Shown here one piece after another: positions 51,165 to 63,146 of a DNA stretch of 64,000 bases. This DNA comes from Octopus sinensis (lineage: Eukaryota). The position numbers and the translations under genes are program-made. The stretch's first letter is position 1. The number at the start of each line of letters is the position of its first letter. The stretch lies in contig NC_043021.1 of assembly GCF_006345805.1 (NCBI RefSeq), positions 9,858,001-9,922,000 of the forward strand, in the 5' to 3' direction. The notes below the pieces were generated by a model, which worked only from the letters and a program-made list of their open reading frames with translations, was not told the origin of the DNA and ran no database searches.

Positions 51165-51242
51165 TTACTTTAGGGGTGATTGGGTTCCTGTCAGATTCTT
51201 AGGATAGTGAAATTCATAGTGCCCTTTTCTCTTTGTACCATC
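51165..51242 (-). CDS. Possible orphan terminal exon (DGTKRKGHYEFHYPKNLTGTQSPLK*)
   Basis: Strong acceptor ttttattctgctcttttgcag|; no partner exons or homolog recognised. Confidence 0.2.
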   Translation of the reverse strand, partial: DGTKRKGHYEFHYPKNLTGTQSPLK

Positions 51243-52192
51243 CTGCAAAAGAGCAGAATAAAACTAATTAAAAAAAGAAAAAATTATTTTGCCCATGACT
51301 AACGTGTAAGAGTTTCTCACAGCATATTTCATATCTGATATATTTTTCTATGGAAACTTGGGGGAAAAAAAAAAATTTTTAAGTGTAAATTTTTAGAATT
51401 CTAAAATTTTTTATAATATAAAATTCCACTTTTCAAGCTAGCAAAAATTACCACCTAGAGATATTTTGCAGTGCTGTAGGTGAAATGAAGTGCCCAGAGT
51501 TTGTCATGATCCCCAACAAGCATGTTAAAATAAGCCTGGTAGACCTCATATATCTTAACAGATGCTGTCACAGAGTACTTTATCTATCCAGTCTTGATAA
51601 ATTGGCACCATACATAGCAAAATGCATCTAAACACATGTGTACTTTCTCTGATAAATGCAGATAAGGCTATTCACTTAAGCAACCAGAACAAAACCAAAA
51701 TGGTGAACTTTGAGCTGATGTATTTGTATTACTATTTATATAAATGCAGGTGTGGTTGTGTGATTCCTGGTTCAGTCTCAGTGTGTGACACCTTAGTCCT
51801 TTACTAGAGCCCTGGACAACCAAAAGCCTTGTGAGTTGATTTGGTAGACAGAAATGGAAAAAATGTCCAGTGTGTGTGTGTGGTGTGTATGTGTGTGTGT
51901 GTGTGTGTGTAAGTTGCTTGCCTCTGAGCAAGCATTGGCAAGCTTTTAGCCAAATTTGATGCAGATTCATAGTCAATGTGACGATCACATGCTACACACG
52001 TTCCTTCCAAGTACTGCTGTAAACATTGGAAGTGAGCTTGAATCTTAAAACTTAGTGGTTATGCATAGCAGTGGTCAAGGTCAATTTTTGCCAAGCGGCT
52101 TCACTCTGAGTGCTTTATCGTTGGTACTATGGGAACAGTCCCGATAATTTTGATCAGACCTCGTATATATATAAATATATATATATATACAT

Positions 52193-52241
<49 letters not shown>

Positions 52242-52453
52242 TCATCATCATCATCGTTTAGCGTCAGTTTTCCATGCTAGCATGGGTTGGACGGTTCTAC
52301 TGGGGTCTGTGAAGCCAGAAGGCTTCATCAGGCCCAGTCAAATCTGGCAGTGTTTCTACGGCTGGATGCCCTTCCTAACGCCAATCACTCTGTGAGTGTA
52401 GTGGGTGCTTTTTACGTGCCACCCGCATATATATATATATATATACATATATG

Positions 52454-52501
<48 letters not shown>

Positions 52502-52519
52502 ATATATATGTTCAAAATG

Positions 52520-52724
52520 TGACCACATGTGTACCGTTGGCGATTTTTATCCTCCATCTTCCCTTCTTTGGATCTTTCCTTTTCCTATGTTTCTGACGAA
52601 GAGCTCCACTCGAAACGTTAAACCCTCCTTCTTCCCTTCCTTCCTGACCATCCAATAATACTATATTTGTTCCACGTCCTCGCGTTGTTGTATTTTCTCT
52701 TTGTGTTTTCATGTTTGGATTAAC

Positions 52725-52730
<6 letters not shown>
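52520..52730 (+). mobile_element. Penelope-like terminal-repeat fragment between (TA)n tracts
   Basis: Reverse-complement match to 12604-12810. Confidence 0.7.
52589..52623 (+). ncRNA. Minimal type I hammerhead ribozyme motif
   Basis: guuu CUGACGA a gag-cucca-cuc GAAA cgu u aaac. Confidence 0.65.
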
Positions 52731-52782
<52 letters not shown>

Positions 52783-52834
52783 TATATCATCTGTAAAAAC
52801 ATAAACCCGATAGAAGAAGCACATTCTTGCTATG

Positions 52835-52965
<131 letters not shown>

Positions 52966-53039
52966 TATTATTTGAAACAGTTTGATTTGGTTCCATGCAA
53001 CTTAAAGTATTGCAGGCCTCTAACAGGTTTAGATTACTG

Positions 53040-53160
53040 ATAGATTCGTTTGACTCAGGGCTGTTGTAGAAGACACTTGCTCAAGGTGTCAACGCAATGG
53101 GACTGAACCCGGAACCATGTGTTAGGTGAGCAAACTTCTTACTACACAACCACTCTGCAC
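53040..53160 (-). mobile_element. Family-B SINE 5' part
   Basis: gtgcagagtggttgtgtagtaag...ccgggttcagtccc...agtgtcttctacaacagccc. Confidence 0.75.
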
Positions 53161-53164
53161 CTAT

Positions 53165-53206
53165 AAAAAAATATGGAACGCTTCACGAATTTGCGTGTCA
53201 TCCTTG
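53165..53206 (-). pseudogene. U6: U6 snRNA 3' fragment (5'-truncated retrocopy)
   Basis: Minus strand caaggatgacacgcaaattcgtgaagcgttccatattttttt equals the conserved U6 3' end; only 42 nt present. Confidence 0.93.
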
Positions 53207-53654
53207 TATGGAGACAAAATTTTCCAAATGTTGACCTAATCTTTATTGGATTTTATTATAAGGTTAGAGAAGGGATGAAAATTTAATATAACAATGGATT
53301 TTGTTTGTTTCGTAGTTATTTTATTAGTTTTTAATAATGTCGAAGCAAAGATACATTAACCTTGATGAACGTCACAATAAGGTTGACATAAGTTACGTCC
53401 CTTGGTTTTCAATTTTACAAGTTATTTCCCTTTATATCTCATCCCTTCCAGAAAATGTGTGTGAAACATGCGTATGTATGTAAATGTATTTACGTGTGTG
53501 TTTATGTGTATGTACATGTATGTGATGTGTGTGTTTTAATATTTCGCTAAGGCATTGCGATACTAATAACCTAGTGTAGAACTCAATATACAATGCTTCT
53601 GAACGAAGCGTTTTGTAGTGAATAAGAAAAGAGACGACAAAGGAATAAACGGTT

Positions 53655-53882
53655 GTCTTATGAAGTCCATTAGCTTAAAGCTGTTTCCACTATAAGATGC
53701 TGTAGACTCCATAGCTGAGTACCTGAGTAACATATTACAGTTTCATCAGAGCACAAAGTATGAAGTACACTTGAAGTTTGGAGCTCTGATGAAGCTGTAA
53801 TGTGTTACTCAGGCACTAAACTATAAGTCTGCTGCATCTAATAGTGGAAACAGCAGTAGTAAGCTAATGAACTTCATAAGAT
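53655..53882. repeat. Imperfect inverted repeat (~98-bp arms, 30-nt loop)
   Basis: gtcttatgaagtccattagctt...tcatcagagc vs gctctgatga...aagctaatgaacttcataagat. Confidence 0.85.
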
Positions 53883-53912
53883 ACTCCCTTATTCCTTTAT
53901 CATCTCTTTTTG

Positions 53913-53951
<39 letters not shown>

Positions 53952-55284
53952 CTAACCTCCTCCCCATAAATTTCAGACCTTAACTTTGCCAAAATAGACC
54001 TCGCTGGTGCTAGTGTCATGTAAAAAACCCTTAATCCATTCTATAAGGTGGTTCGCATTAGGAAGGGCATCCATCTGTAAAAGCCATGTCAAAATAGACA
54101 ATGAAGCCTGGTGGAATTTTCTGGTTTGCCAGCTCCTGTCAAACCATGATAATCACTAGCACTATGACCTGGCATTGTCAGGTCTAGTGCTAGTCAAGCA
54201 TATTTGGTCTTTCATGAAAATCCCACTCTCTTGTCATTCACTTGGTCTAACTCATTAATTATTCCCTGCATTTCTCAAATCAAAAAAGCGTGCACGTTTG
54301 AAAGCCAAAACATGTGATAACACGTCTTCGCAAAACACAAAAATGCACTGAGTCATACAGACTGTCTGCAAATGCACACGTGCATTCAACTGTCAACAGT
54401 AAAATTATCTCCGTTCAATCAAAAAACAGCTGGCAGTCTATTGGCATATCCAGCTGTACACATGTACTGCATACAAATTTCTGTTTTAGCAATTTTGAAT
54501 GGATATGCCCATAACTTATGGGCATAAGGTGTCAGTTTATCGATTTTTTTTAATGGCTTTCTGGGGTGACTGGGGAAATGAAAAGATCTTCATGACCACT
54601 CTCAGACAGTTTTGAAAGCCCATAGAAAATGCAAGCCTTTTACGTGAAAAACTGTGGATTTGTATAAAGGACACACAGACACACAAACACACAGACATTT
54701 TGCTGTTTATTGATATAGAGATGATGTTGATGAAGGTGGCAAGCTGATAGAATTTCTTATCAATGCCAGACAAAATGATCTGTAGCATTTCTTCTATCTT
54801 TACTTTCTGAATCCAGATGCTGCCAAAATCGTCTTTGCATGTCATCCTTTCAGAGTCAAAATTCTTACTAGTACAGACTGAACTTTGTGGAAGGGGGCTC
54901 GTCAATTATGTTGACTCCAGTGCTTGACTGATACTTGCTTTATTGAGTCTGAAAAATATGAAAGGTGAAGTTGACCTCAATGGAATTTGAACATAAAGCT
55001 GGCAGAAATGCCACTAAGTACTCTGTTTGGTGTGCTAACAATTTTGCCATCTCACTTGACTTCATAACATTTAACAAATAGCTACAAATTGAAATGGCTC
55101 TCATGCTAGAAATGTAAGAAGATTGGGAAAGTTGTATATATGTGTGTGGGGGGATCTATTCAATTTAACGTACAGATATTTTAATCAATTTTTTAAAACT
55201 AAACACTTTGAAACTTCGGATATTGGTAGAATGTGTCACATAGAACGGGGTTTACTCTTAACGTTTTTGACAAAATTTTGTATT

Positions 55285-55642
55285 TTGGCACCTTGGGTAA
55301 GTGTCTTCTACTATAGCCTAGGGCCGACCAAAGCCTTGTGAGTGGATTTGGTGGACGGAAACTGAAAGAAGCTGTTTGTATATATGTATATACATATAGT
55401 GTATGTATGTGTGTGTATATGTTTGTGTGTCTGTGTTTGTCCTCCCAACATCAGTTGACAACCGATGCTGGTGTGTTTACGTCCCCGTAACTTAGCGGTT
55501 CGGCAAAAGAGACTGATAGAATAACTAGTAGGCTTACAAAGAATAAGTCCTGGGGTCTATTTGCTTAACTAAAAGGCTGTGCTCCAGCATGGCTGCAGTC
55601 AAATGACTGAAACAAGTAAAAGAGTAAGAGAATAAAAGAGTA
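55285..55642 (+). mobile_element. Family-B SINE lacking head
   Basis: ggcaccttgggtaagtgtcttctactatagcc...gctccagcatggctgcagtcaaatgactgaaacaagtaaaagag. Confidence 0.85.
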
Positions 55643-56019
55643 TATTTAAAAAAGAAATCAGCCAGTTGGTCAACTTGTTTGGACTAATGCAACTCTTCCA
55701 CACCTGATACCTTGATTAAGCAATGCAGTATGGATGTCTGGCTTAGATTTTAGTCATATTGGTAATTTCCTTGATGAAATATCTTATCTGTGTATGCCAT
55801 GACTACATGTGAACTGGTTGATCTTGGCTGTTGATAGTTTGTTGTCTGTTCATCTGCTCACCATCTAGTGATATTTGCCATTGATTCAATAAGAGTCAAG
55901 ACTATTGAAAAGGTTGTAAGACACAACGGAAATTTTAGGAAAATAAAAAAAAGAAATAAGTGGAAATTTCACCGGTGAGTGTGTTACATTATAAGGCACA
56001 AAAAGAAAATGACTCTCCT

Positions 56020-56383
56020 TAGACACAACAGAATATGCTTCAACACACGAACTCATATAAAGAATCTTGCAAACCAAATCCAAAAACGAAATTCAATAAG
56101 TTCATTTACCAAAATAGTTCACATTCACCATACTTCATCCTGATTTCAATGTATTCTGGCTCAGTAAACTTCATTTTCATCATTCTTTACTGCAAGTTAA
56201 GACAGACCAAAGGGAAGCAACACACGCATTACTATACCACCAAGGGTAAGTTACCACTATCTGTTACAAAATTATTAATGAAATTGCTTAAAATTTTTTC
56301 TCTTTCTTTTTGTACCCTCTCATTGCAGAGAAGGAGTGGTATGGTCTGGAGAGACTCCCTGGTCGCTAAACTACACACCCTGT
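56020..56383 (-). mobile_element. Possible 5' end of a Tc1/mariner-type element
   Basis: Starts acagggtg; ~200 nt later MMKMKFTEPEYIEIRMKYGEC, weakly like N-terminal HTH starts of such transposases. Confidence 0.3.
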
Positions 56384-56440
56384 CGAATAACGTTACTACA
56401 GAGATCCTGTGAAGGAACCACATTGTGGTTGCTTGTAATA

Positions 56441-56729
56441 TCTTTATATATAAAAGTGAAGTTGTGTGAGTGTCTGTCTCCTACGATTTAGATTCCTAAC
56501 TACTCCCACATTTTGCGGTGCAGTTTAACCAAAACTGGGTATCTTATAGTCGTGATTCATATCGAGCCCTTCTGGGTATTAGCGCTCGTCTACGATGAGT
56601 CTACGATTTAAAAAAAAATTTACCATCATTTTTTTCCATTTCAATGCATTTTTTGGCTATAACTCTCTAAAAAATGCTTATATAGTTATTTCCCTTACAA
56701 ATCCGAGCAACGCCGGGCGATACTGCTAG
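56441..56729 (+). mobile_element. Non-autonomous Helitron
   Basis: 5' TC (A|tctttatatataaaag), subterminal GC hairpin ccgagcaacgccggg, 3' CTAG|T, no TSD. Confidence 0.85.
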
Positions 56730-56829
56730 TATATAATATGAAATTATTGTATACAGTGCTCAGGTGCACCACAACCTGTCAAACAGTGCGTATACAGTAT
56801 ATGTGTTCATGATTGTACACTTTTGGTCA

Positions 56830-57070
56830 TTACCCAACATTCATGGCCATAGATGAGGATGGACCCTTAAGCTGGACTGAAGATAGCAAGTTTGGATTTG
56901 AGAATTTATTGATTGAGGTGGGTCATTACTGTAGTTCTGGCATTCAATTCGATATCATAGGAAAAACCACAAAATGTATTCTTCAAGCGCAGGCAATTGA
57001 CAGAAGTTCTAGGAGTAGATCAAGAATGAGATGGCTGGATAATATCCATGGTCCCAGCCAGGAAGTCTAA
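56830..57070 (+). mobile_element. RTE 3' relic
   Basis: KCILQAQAIDRSSRSRSRMRWLDNI resembles ILQGxxxGxRxRGRPRxRWxDNI. Confidence 0.6.
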
Positions 57071-57769
57071 TGATGGTTATTTCTGACGGGACCCTGTGGA
57101 GGAAATGCATAAGGACTCTATCCTCTCAAACATCTAAGGAGTAGTGGGTAGAGAAGATAGCTGGATGGCAGGAAGCTTTGTAACTTTGTGATTTCATGAT
57201 TGAATCCTAAATCCATTCTTATGGATAATAATAATTAGAATCATCATTAATTGGTAATACTAACTCTGTTCATCATCATCATCATCATCATCGTTTAACG
57301 TCTGCTTTCCATGCTAGTATGGGTTGGACGATTTGACTGAGGACTGGCGAACCAGGTGGCAGCACCAGGCTCCAATCTGATCTGGCAGAGTTTCTATAGC
57401 TGGATGCCCTTCCTAACGCCAACCACTCCGAGAGTGTAGTGGGTGCTTTTATGTGTCACCGGCATGAGGGCCAGTCAGGTGGTACTGGCAACGGCTACAC
57501 TCAAATGGTGTTTTTTATGTGCCACCTGCATAGGAGCCAGTCCAGCGGCACTGACAATGACCTCACTCGAATGTTTTTTCACATGTCACCGGCACAAGTG
57601 CCAGTAAGGCGATGCTAGTAATGATCACGCTCATCTGTTATTTTAAATAATTCTGATGAAACAATTACTTTCAATTATTATTTCTCTTTAGTAATTACCA
57701 GAGATAATGATGTGGACCTAAACTTAAATATAAAAAATTGCCTTTAAGAGCTAAATTTAGTATCAGTAT

Positions 57770-58125
57770 CACTTCCTCCTGTGCTCTTGAGCACAGTGGG
57801 CAGCAAAGCCAACACTCTTAGTTTTTGTTGGCTGCAGCTTTCTCTCCATTTGGCCCATGTGATATTGCCCTCTCTCATGTAGGTTATGAATGTTATGTGC
57901 CATGTAGTTTTCAGTCTACCTATCCTTCTTTTTTCCCTCAGAATATCCACTTGAAATCTCTTTTAGAATGGCATTGTCCTGGTAGCCGAAATATGTGACC
58001 TGCTAGTTTTAATCAACATTCTGCGATGATTTTGATAAGTGGTCGTATGTTGACTCTCTTTAGAATGCTTTCATTGGTTATGTGGTCTTGCCAGTATGTT
58101 CTAAGAATCCTTCTCAAGTGTCTTT
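57770..58125 (-). mobile_element. RTE 3' relic
   Basis: RHLRRILRTYWQDHITNESIL...LAGHIFRL...KRRIGRLKTTW. Confidence 0.8.
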
Positions 58126-58139
58126 GCTGTCCAAATATT

Positions 58140-58811
58140 CTAAATTATTTAATTCAAAAGAAAATGTGATCGTTTTATCAATATGGCTCTCTATCAAATC
58201 ACTTTACAATTACTATTCTCCTCTCTCGCTGGATAAAAGAAATAGGCTGTAATAACATTTTAAATGTTCTCTATATTGACATAGCAAAAGCTTTTGATTT
58301 TGTTAGTCACAATATCATCATCCATTAATGTCCATTTTCCATGCTGGCATGGGTTGGACTGTTTGACCAGAGCTGACAAGCATGAAAGCTTCCAGTATGA
58401 CTTGGCTTGGTTTCTACGACTGGATACTCTACCTAACACCAAACACTTTACAGAGTGTGCTGGGTGCTTTTTATGTGGCACCAGCACATAATGATCACGT
58501 CTAAGTTATAGAATCTCATAATTTCTCTCTCTTTATCACTGACCCCTATTCCATAGGGTCCTATCAGAAGCAATAGTCATGAGAATTTCTGGCTGGATTC
58601 CTAAGTGTGACCAACTGAACCAATGGGTATTATCCAACCATCTCATTCTTGGTCTACCTCTGGGGCTTCTCCTGTTGATAAATAACAGACTAGGTCAAAA
58701 ATTATTTATCTAATAAAACTCAATTTGTTCACATCAAAGATGGTTCCTATTCAACTCTTCTAATCAAGAGGGGTGTCTCTCAAGGCAGTCTTTTGAGCTC
58801 AGTTCTCTATC

Positions 58812-58815
<4 letters not shown>
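58140..58815 (+). mobile_element. Interrupted CR1/L2-like RT relic
   Basis: LYIDIAKAFDFVSH (~58270) and IKRGVSQGSLLS (~58765), split by a family-C copy and an RTE fragment. Confidence 0.55.
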
Positions 58816-58856
<41 letters not shown>

Positions 58857-58863
58857 TATATAT

Positions 58864-59330
58864 ATTATATTAAATTAGAGATAAAACCACTATTAGGCAA
58901 ATCATACAATGAAAAACTTAAGCCAATACATAAGATTAATTAATTTATATTATTTTAAATATATATAAAAATTATTAAAACAAGATAATGAGTATAACAC
59001 TGCGATCGTTTCATGGCTGTCCAATTCGTAATAATTCAAGTTACAGTCAATCACCTGAAGATTGACTGTAACTCGAATTATTACGAATTGGACAGCCATG
59101 AAACGATCGCAGTGTTATACTCATTATCTTTTTTTAATAATTTTGATATATATTTAAAATAATATAAGTTAATTAATCTTATGCATTGGCTTAAGTTTTT
59201 CATTGAATGATTTGCCTAATAGTGGTTTTATCTCTAATTTAATATAATATAATATTTTACTATAAAATTAGATTCAATCCTAAATCTGATTTTTCCCTGT
59301 AAGTTTGGATTTATTCCCTAATATTTTATT
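58864..59330. mobile_element. Long palindrome (~190-bp arms, 7-nt loop), Penelope-like, between (TA)n tracts
   Basis: Arms 58864-59052 and 59060-59238; the trailing 59240-59330 shares ccaaacttacagggaaaaa with 62856-63405. Confidence 0.85.
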
Positions 59331-59334
59331 ATAT

Positions 59335-59379
<45 letters not shown>

Positions 59380-59719
59380 ATGACATGACATCAGTTATTA
59401 GATGTTATTATTGGTATCAAATTTTGGCACAAGGCCAACAAGTTTGGGGTGCGAGTAAGTTGACTGCATCAACCCCAGTAATCAACTGGTACTTATTTTA
59501 TCAAGCATGAATGGCATAGTTAACCTTGACAGAATTTGAACTTAGAACGTAAAGACAGTTGAAATGCTTGGCATGCTAATGATTCAGCCAGCTCACCTCA
59601 TTACTGGTGATGCTCTTGATGCTCTTATGACAACAGAATTAACTTCAAGCCAGCAGTTTCTTCGTTCTGTTGCTAGATCCAGGTCTGTTTTCATAGAACC
59701 CAGAGGTTTCTTAAATAAG

Positions 59720-59935
59720 GCAGCAAGCTGGCAGAAACGCTAGCACACCGGGTGAAAATGCTTGGCGGTATTTCGCTTGTCTTTATGTTCTGAGTTTAAA
59801 TTTCACAGAGGTTGACTTTGCCTTTCATCCTTTTGGGGTTGATAAATTAAGTACCAGTTGCATACTGGGGTCGATCTAATCGACTGGATACCTCCCCCAA
59901 AATTTCAGGCCTTGTGCCTAGAGTAAAAAAGGATA
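59720..59935 (+). mobile_element. Family-A SINE monomer variant
   Basis: Full head and central domain with gccttgtgcctagagtaaaaaag tail. Confidence 0.85.
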
Positions 59936-59947
59936 TTTTAGTCAAAT

Positions 59948-60406
59948 AAGGCGGTGAGCTGGCAGAAACATTAGCACGCTGGGCGAAATGCTTAGCGGTA
60001 ATTTGTCTGCCGTTACATTCTGGGTTCAAATTCCGCCGAGGTCGACTTTGCCTTTCATCCTTTCAGGGTCAATCAAATAAGTACCAGTTATGCACTGGGG
60101 TCGATGTAATCGACTTAATCCATTTGTCTGTCCTTGTTTGTCTTCTCTGTGTTTAGTCCCTTGTGGGTAGTAAAGAAATAGGTATTTCGTCTGCCGCTAC
60201 ATTCTGGGTTCAAATTCTGCCAAGGTCAGTTTTGCCTTTCATCCTTTCGGGGTCGATTAAATAAGTACCAGTTATGCTCTGGGGTCGATGTAATCGACTT
60301 AATCCGTTTGTCTGTCCTTGTTTGTCCTCTCTGTGTTTAGCTCCTTGTGGGTAGTAAAGAAATAGGTATTTCGACTACCGCTACGTTCTCAGTTCAAATT
60401 CCGCAG
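59948..60406 (+). mobile_element. Family-A SINE multimer (~2.2 units)
   Basis: Junction aaagaaata|ggtatttcg at ~60180 and ~60364; candidate TSD agtcaaat at 59940-59947 and 60407-60414. Confidence 0.88.
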
Positions 60407-61467
60407 AGTCAAATCCACATCCATTGCTGTTATTCAATCATAAAAAACCTCAATTGTTATTTTATACATTTGTATCAATTTTTAATCCTTTATGTGTTTT
60501 TTTTACTTTAAATTTAGTAAACATCTTTAACCTTAACTAATTTTCTTTGACCTTAATATGTCTTTTCGTCTCTTTAACTACCTTATCAAGTCTTATGTTT
60601 TTTTCTGATAAGATCGGTTACACTGATAAATCTCAAAACCATTAATTTCTCCAACAGGTTCAGTCTTCTGTTAGTAGCACTTTACATCTATTTCTATGTC
60701 CTACTAACCTTTTAGTATATCAGTTTTTCAACCATCTCACCACTTCACCACACCACCGCCCGTAACCTCTTTCTATACTATTTCTACTCTCTTGTAACAT
60801 TAACAACTCTCTACATGGTTGACATTTTCCTCTGATACCCCGACCCTCATAGCTGGTACCTACCATATAAATGGAATGTAGCTGTTATTGATTTAACCCA
60901 TTTTTTTTTTTTTTTGCTTTTCACAGGGAATGGAGTATATTATTACAAACAAACATGCTGTTTATTTTATAATTTTGTTATTGTTTTACTAGTTTTAGTT
61001 GTTATTGTTGTTGTTGGTGGTGGGGGCCATGACAGGATATTGCTTCTCCTTTGAAAGTTTTAGTCAATTATACATGTTTATGTCTGGTGCGTATTTTATG
61101 AATCTGTATTTGTCGAACAACTCCGTTTTGAAGTGATATGAAGGGACATAACAAGAACAACACTGGTTTTCAATACAATCTCTCTCTCTCTCTCACACAC
61201 ACATGCACACATACACACAAACACATATATACACAGCCACACACATACAAACACATATAAATGTATACATACATACATACACAGACACACCATCACCATT
61301 GTTGTCATCGTCGTCATCGTCATCATCATCATCATCCTCACCAGCAGCATTTTATATCTGTTTTCCATGCTGGCATGGGTTGGAAGGGTTGGCATGGTCT
61401 GAGTTCACTTTCATGCTTAGACAAGTTAAGAACCATGTCTTACTAATATATATGTATATATATATGT

Positions 61468-61757
61468 GGAGGCACATCACCTAGTGGTTAGAGCAGCGGA
61501 CTCGCGGTCGAGGTATCACGGGTTCGAATCTCAGACCGGGCGATGTGTGTGTTTATGAGTGAAACACCTAAGCTCCACGCGGCTCCGGCAGAATGTAATG
61601 GCAAACTTCTGCTGACTCTTTCGCCACAACTTTCTCTCACTCTTTCCTCCTGCATCTTGCAGCTCACCTGCAACGGACTGGCGTCCCGTCCAGGTGGGGG
61701 AGCCTATATGCCAAGGAAACTGGCCCTTATGAGCCAGGTATGGCTCAAGAAGGAACA

Positions 61758-61760
<3 letters not shown>
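61468..61760 (+). mobile_element. Well-preserved tRNA-derived SINE
   Basis: A box cctagtggttag, B box ggttcgaatc, then non-tRNA body and aaggaacaaacaaa tail. Confidence 0.85.
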
Positions 61761-61797
<37 letters not shown>

Positions 61798-62129
61798 CAC
61801 ACACACACATATATATGTATGTATGTATGTATATGTAAATATCATCATCATCATCATCATAACATCCACTTTTCCATCCTAGCATTGGTCAGACAGATTT
61901 TGTTGAGACAGATATTCTATGGCAGGATACCTTTCCTGTTGCCAACCCTCATTTGTTTTGAAGCAAGGTTATGTTTCCTCATGGCCAGATACGTTCTTGC
62001 GGAATATTGGAAATAAACGACACTGATTGTCATTGACAAATGACAACCATTCTACAACTATCTCATGACATCAAGATAAGGAGATACAAACATACACACA
62101 CCCTCACTCTCTCTCTCACACACACACTA

Positions 62130-62400
62130 CTAAGTTACGGGGATGTAAACAAACCAAGATCGGTTGTCAAGCGATGGTAGAGGGACAAACATAGACACAA
62201 ACACACAAATATATACATATATATATATATATATATATGACAGGCTTCTTTCAGTTTTCGTCTACCAAGTCTACTCAGAAGGCTTTGGTTGGCCTGAGGT
62301 TATAGTAGAAGACACTTGCCCAAGGTGCCATGCAGTGGAACTGAACCTAGAACCATGTAGTTAGTAAGCAAGCTTCTTACTACACAGCCATGCCTGTGCC
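62130..62400 (-). mobile_element. Family-B SINE 5' half
   Basis: Matches 3380-3626. Confidence 0.85.
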
Positions 62401-62819
62401 CAAACTTTTAGGCTTGTTTTGTTTGTGACGTTGATGGAGAAACAAAGGATCCAATTCTCTATATTTGCTGTGTTGTCTGAATGTCCTTTTTTGAATAAGT
62501 ACTTTTTTTATAAGTACTGTTTTGTAGCTATAAGTTATTTCTGTTTGCCATCATCCCTGTGAAGCGACCAACTATGAGGGTGTGCGTGCGCACCTCCACA
62601 TTCATTAAATCAGACTTGTTCTTTTAAAATAATACCGTTTTTTCCTTTTATTTATGGTTATATGAATGCTGTGTTTCTCACACAAATATTAAGGTTGTTA
62701 CAGACACCTTTCACAGAATTTTAATCTCAAAAACTACTTCAAGCAGAAACAAAATCTGAAATATAAATTGACTTAAATTTTGTTTAAATATCAACACATA
62801 AAATGGATTATTAGTTGAT

Positions 62820-62820
62820 A

Positions 62821-62852
<32 letters not shown>

Positions 62853-63114
62853 AATATGAGGGAAAATTATTCCAAACTTACAGGGAAAAATTCAATTTAG
62901 AAATACTAAATCAAATTTCACAAAATATAATATATATATAAATTAGAAAAAAACACTTTTATCAATTCAATAATGAAAAATTAAATTATACCATCTAGAG
63001 AATTACAAATTATAGAAAGATTAGATATAAGATAAAGCACATAACGATGATTAAGTAATGTGCAAAATAATAAATAAAACGTATATATTTGGTAGAATAA
63101 CGACATGTGTTATA

Positions 63115-63146
<32 letters not shown>

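Noticed and set aside
54790-54870. Exon KNFDSERMTCKDDFGSIWIQK
   Set aside because: Sequence is a decayed family-A SINE (gactctgaaaggatga...).
60926-61060. Coding exon after the strong plus-strand acceptor
   Set aside because: Good acceptor, but no donor or convincing frame follows.
61468-61545. tRNA gene
   Set aside because: A and B boxes present but no acceptor-stem closure; continues into a SINE body. The same applies to the other SINE heads.
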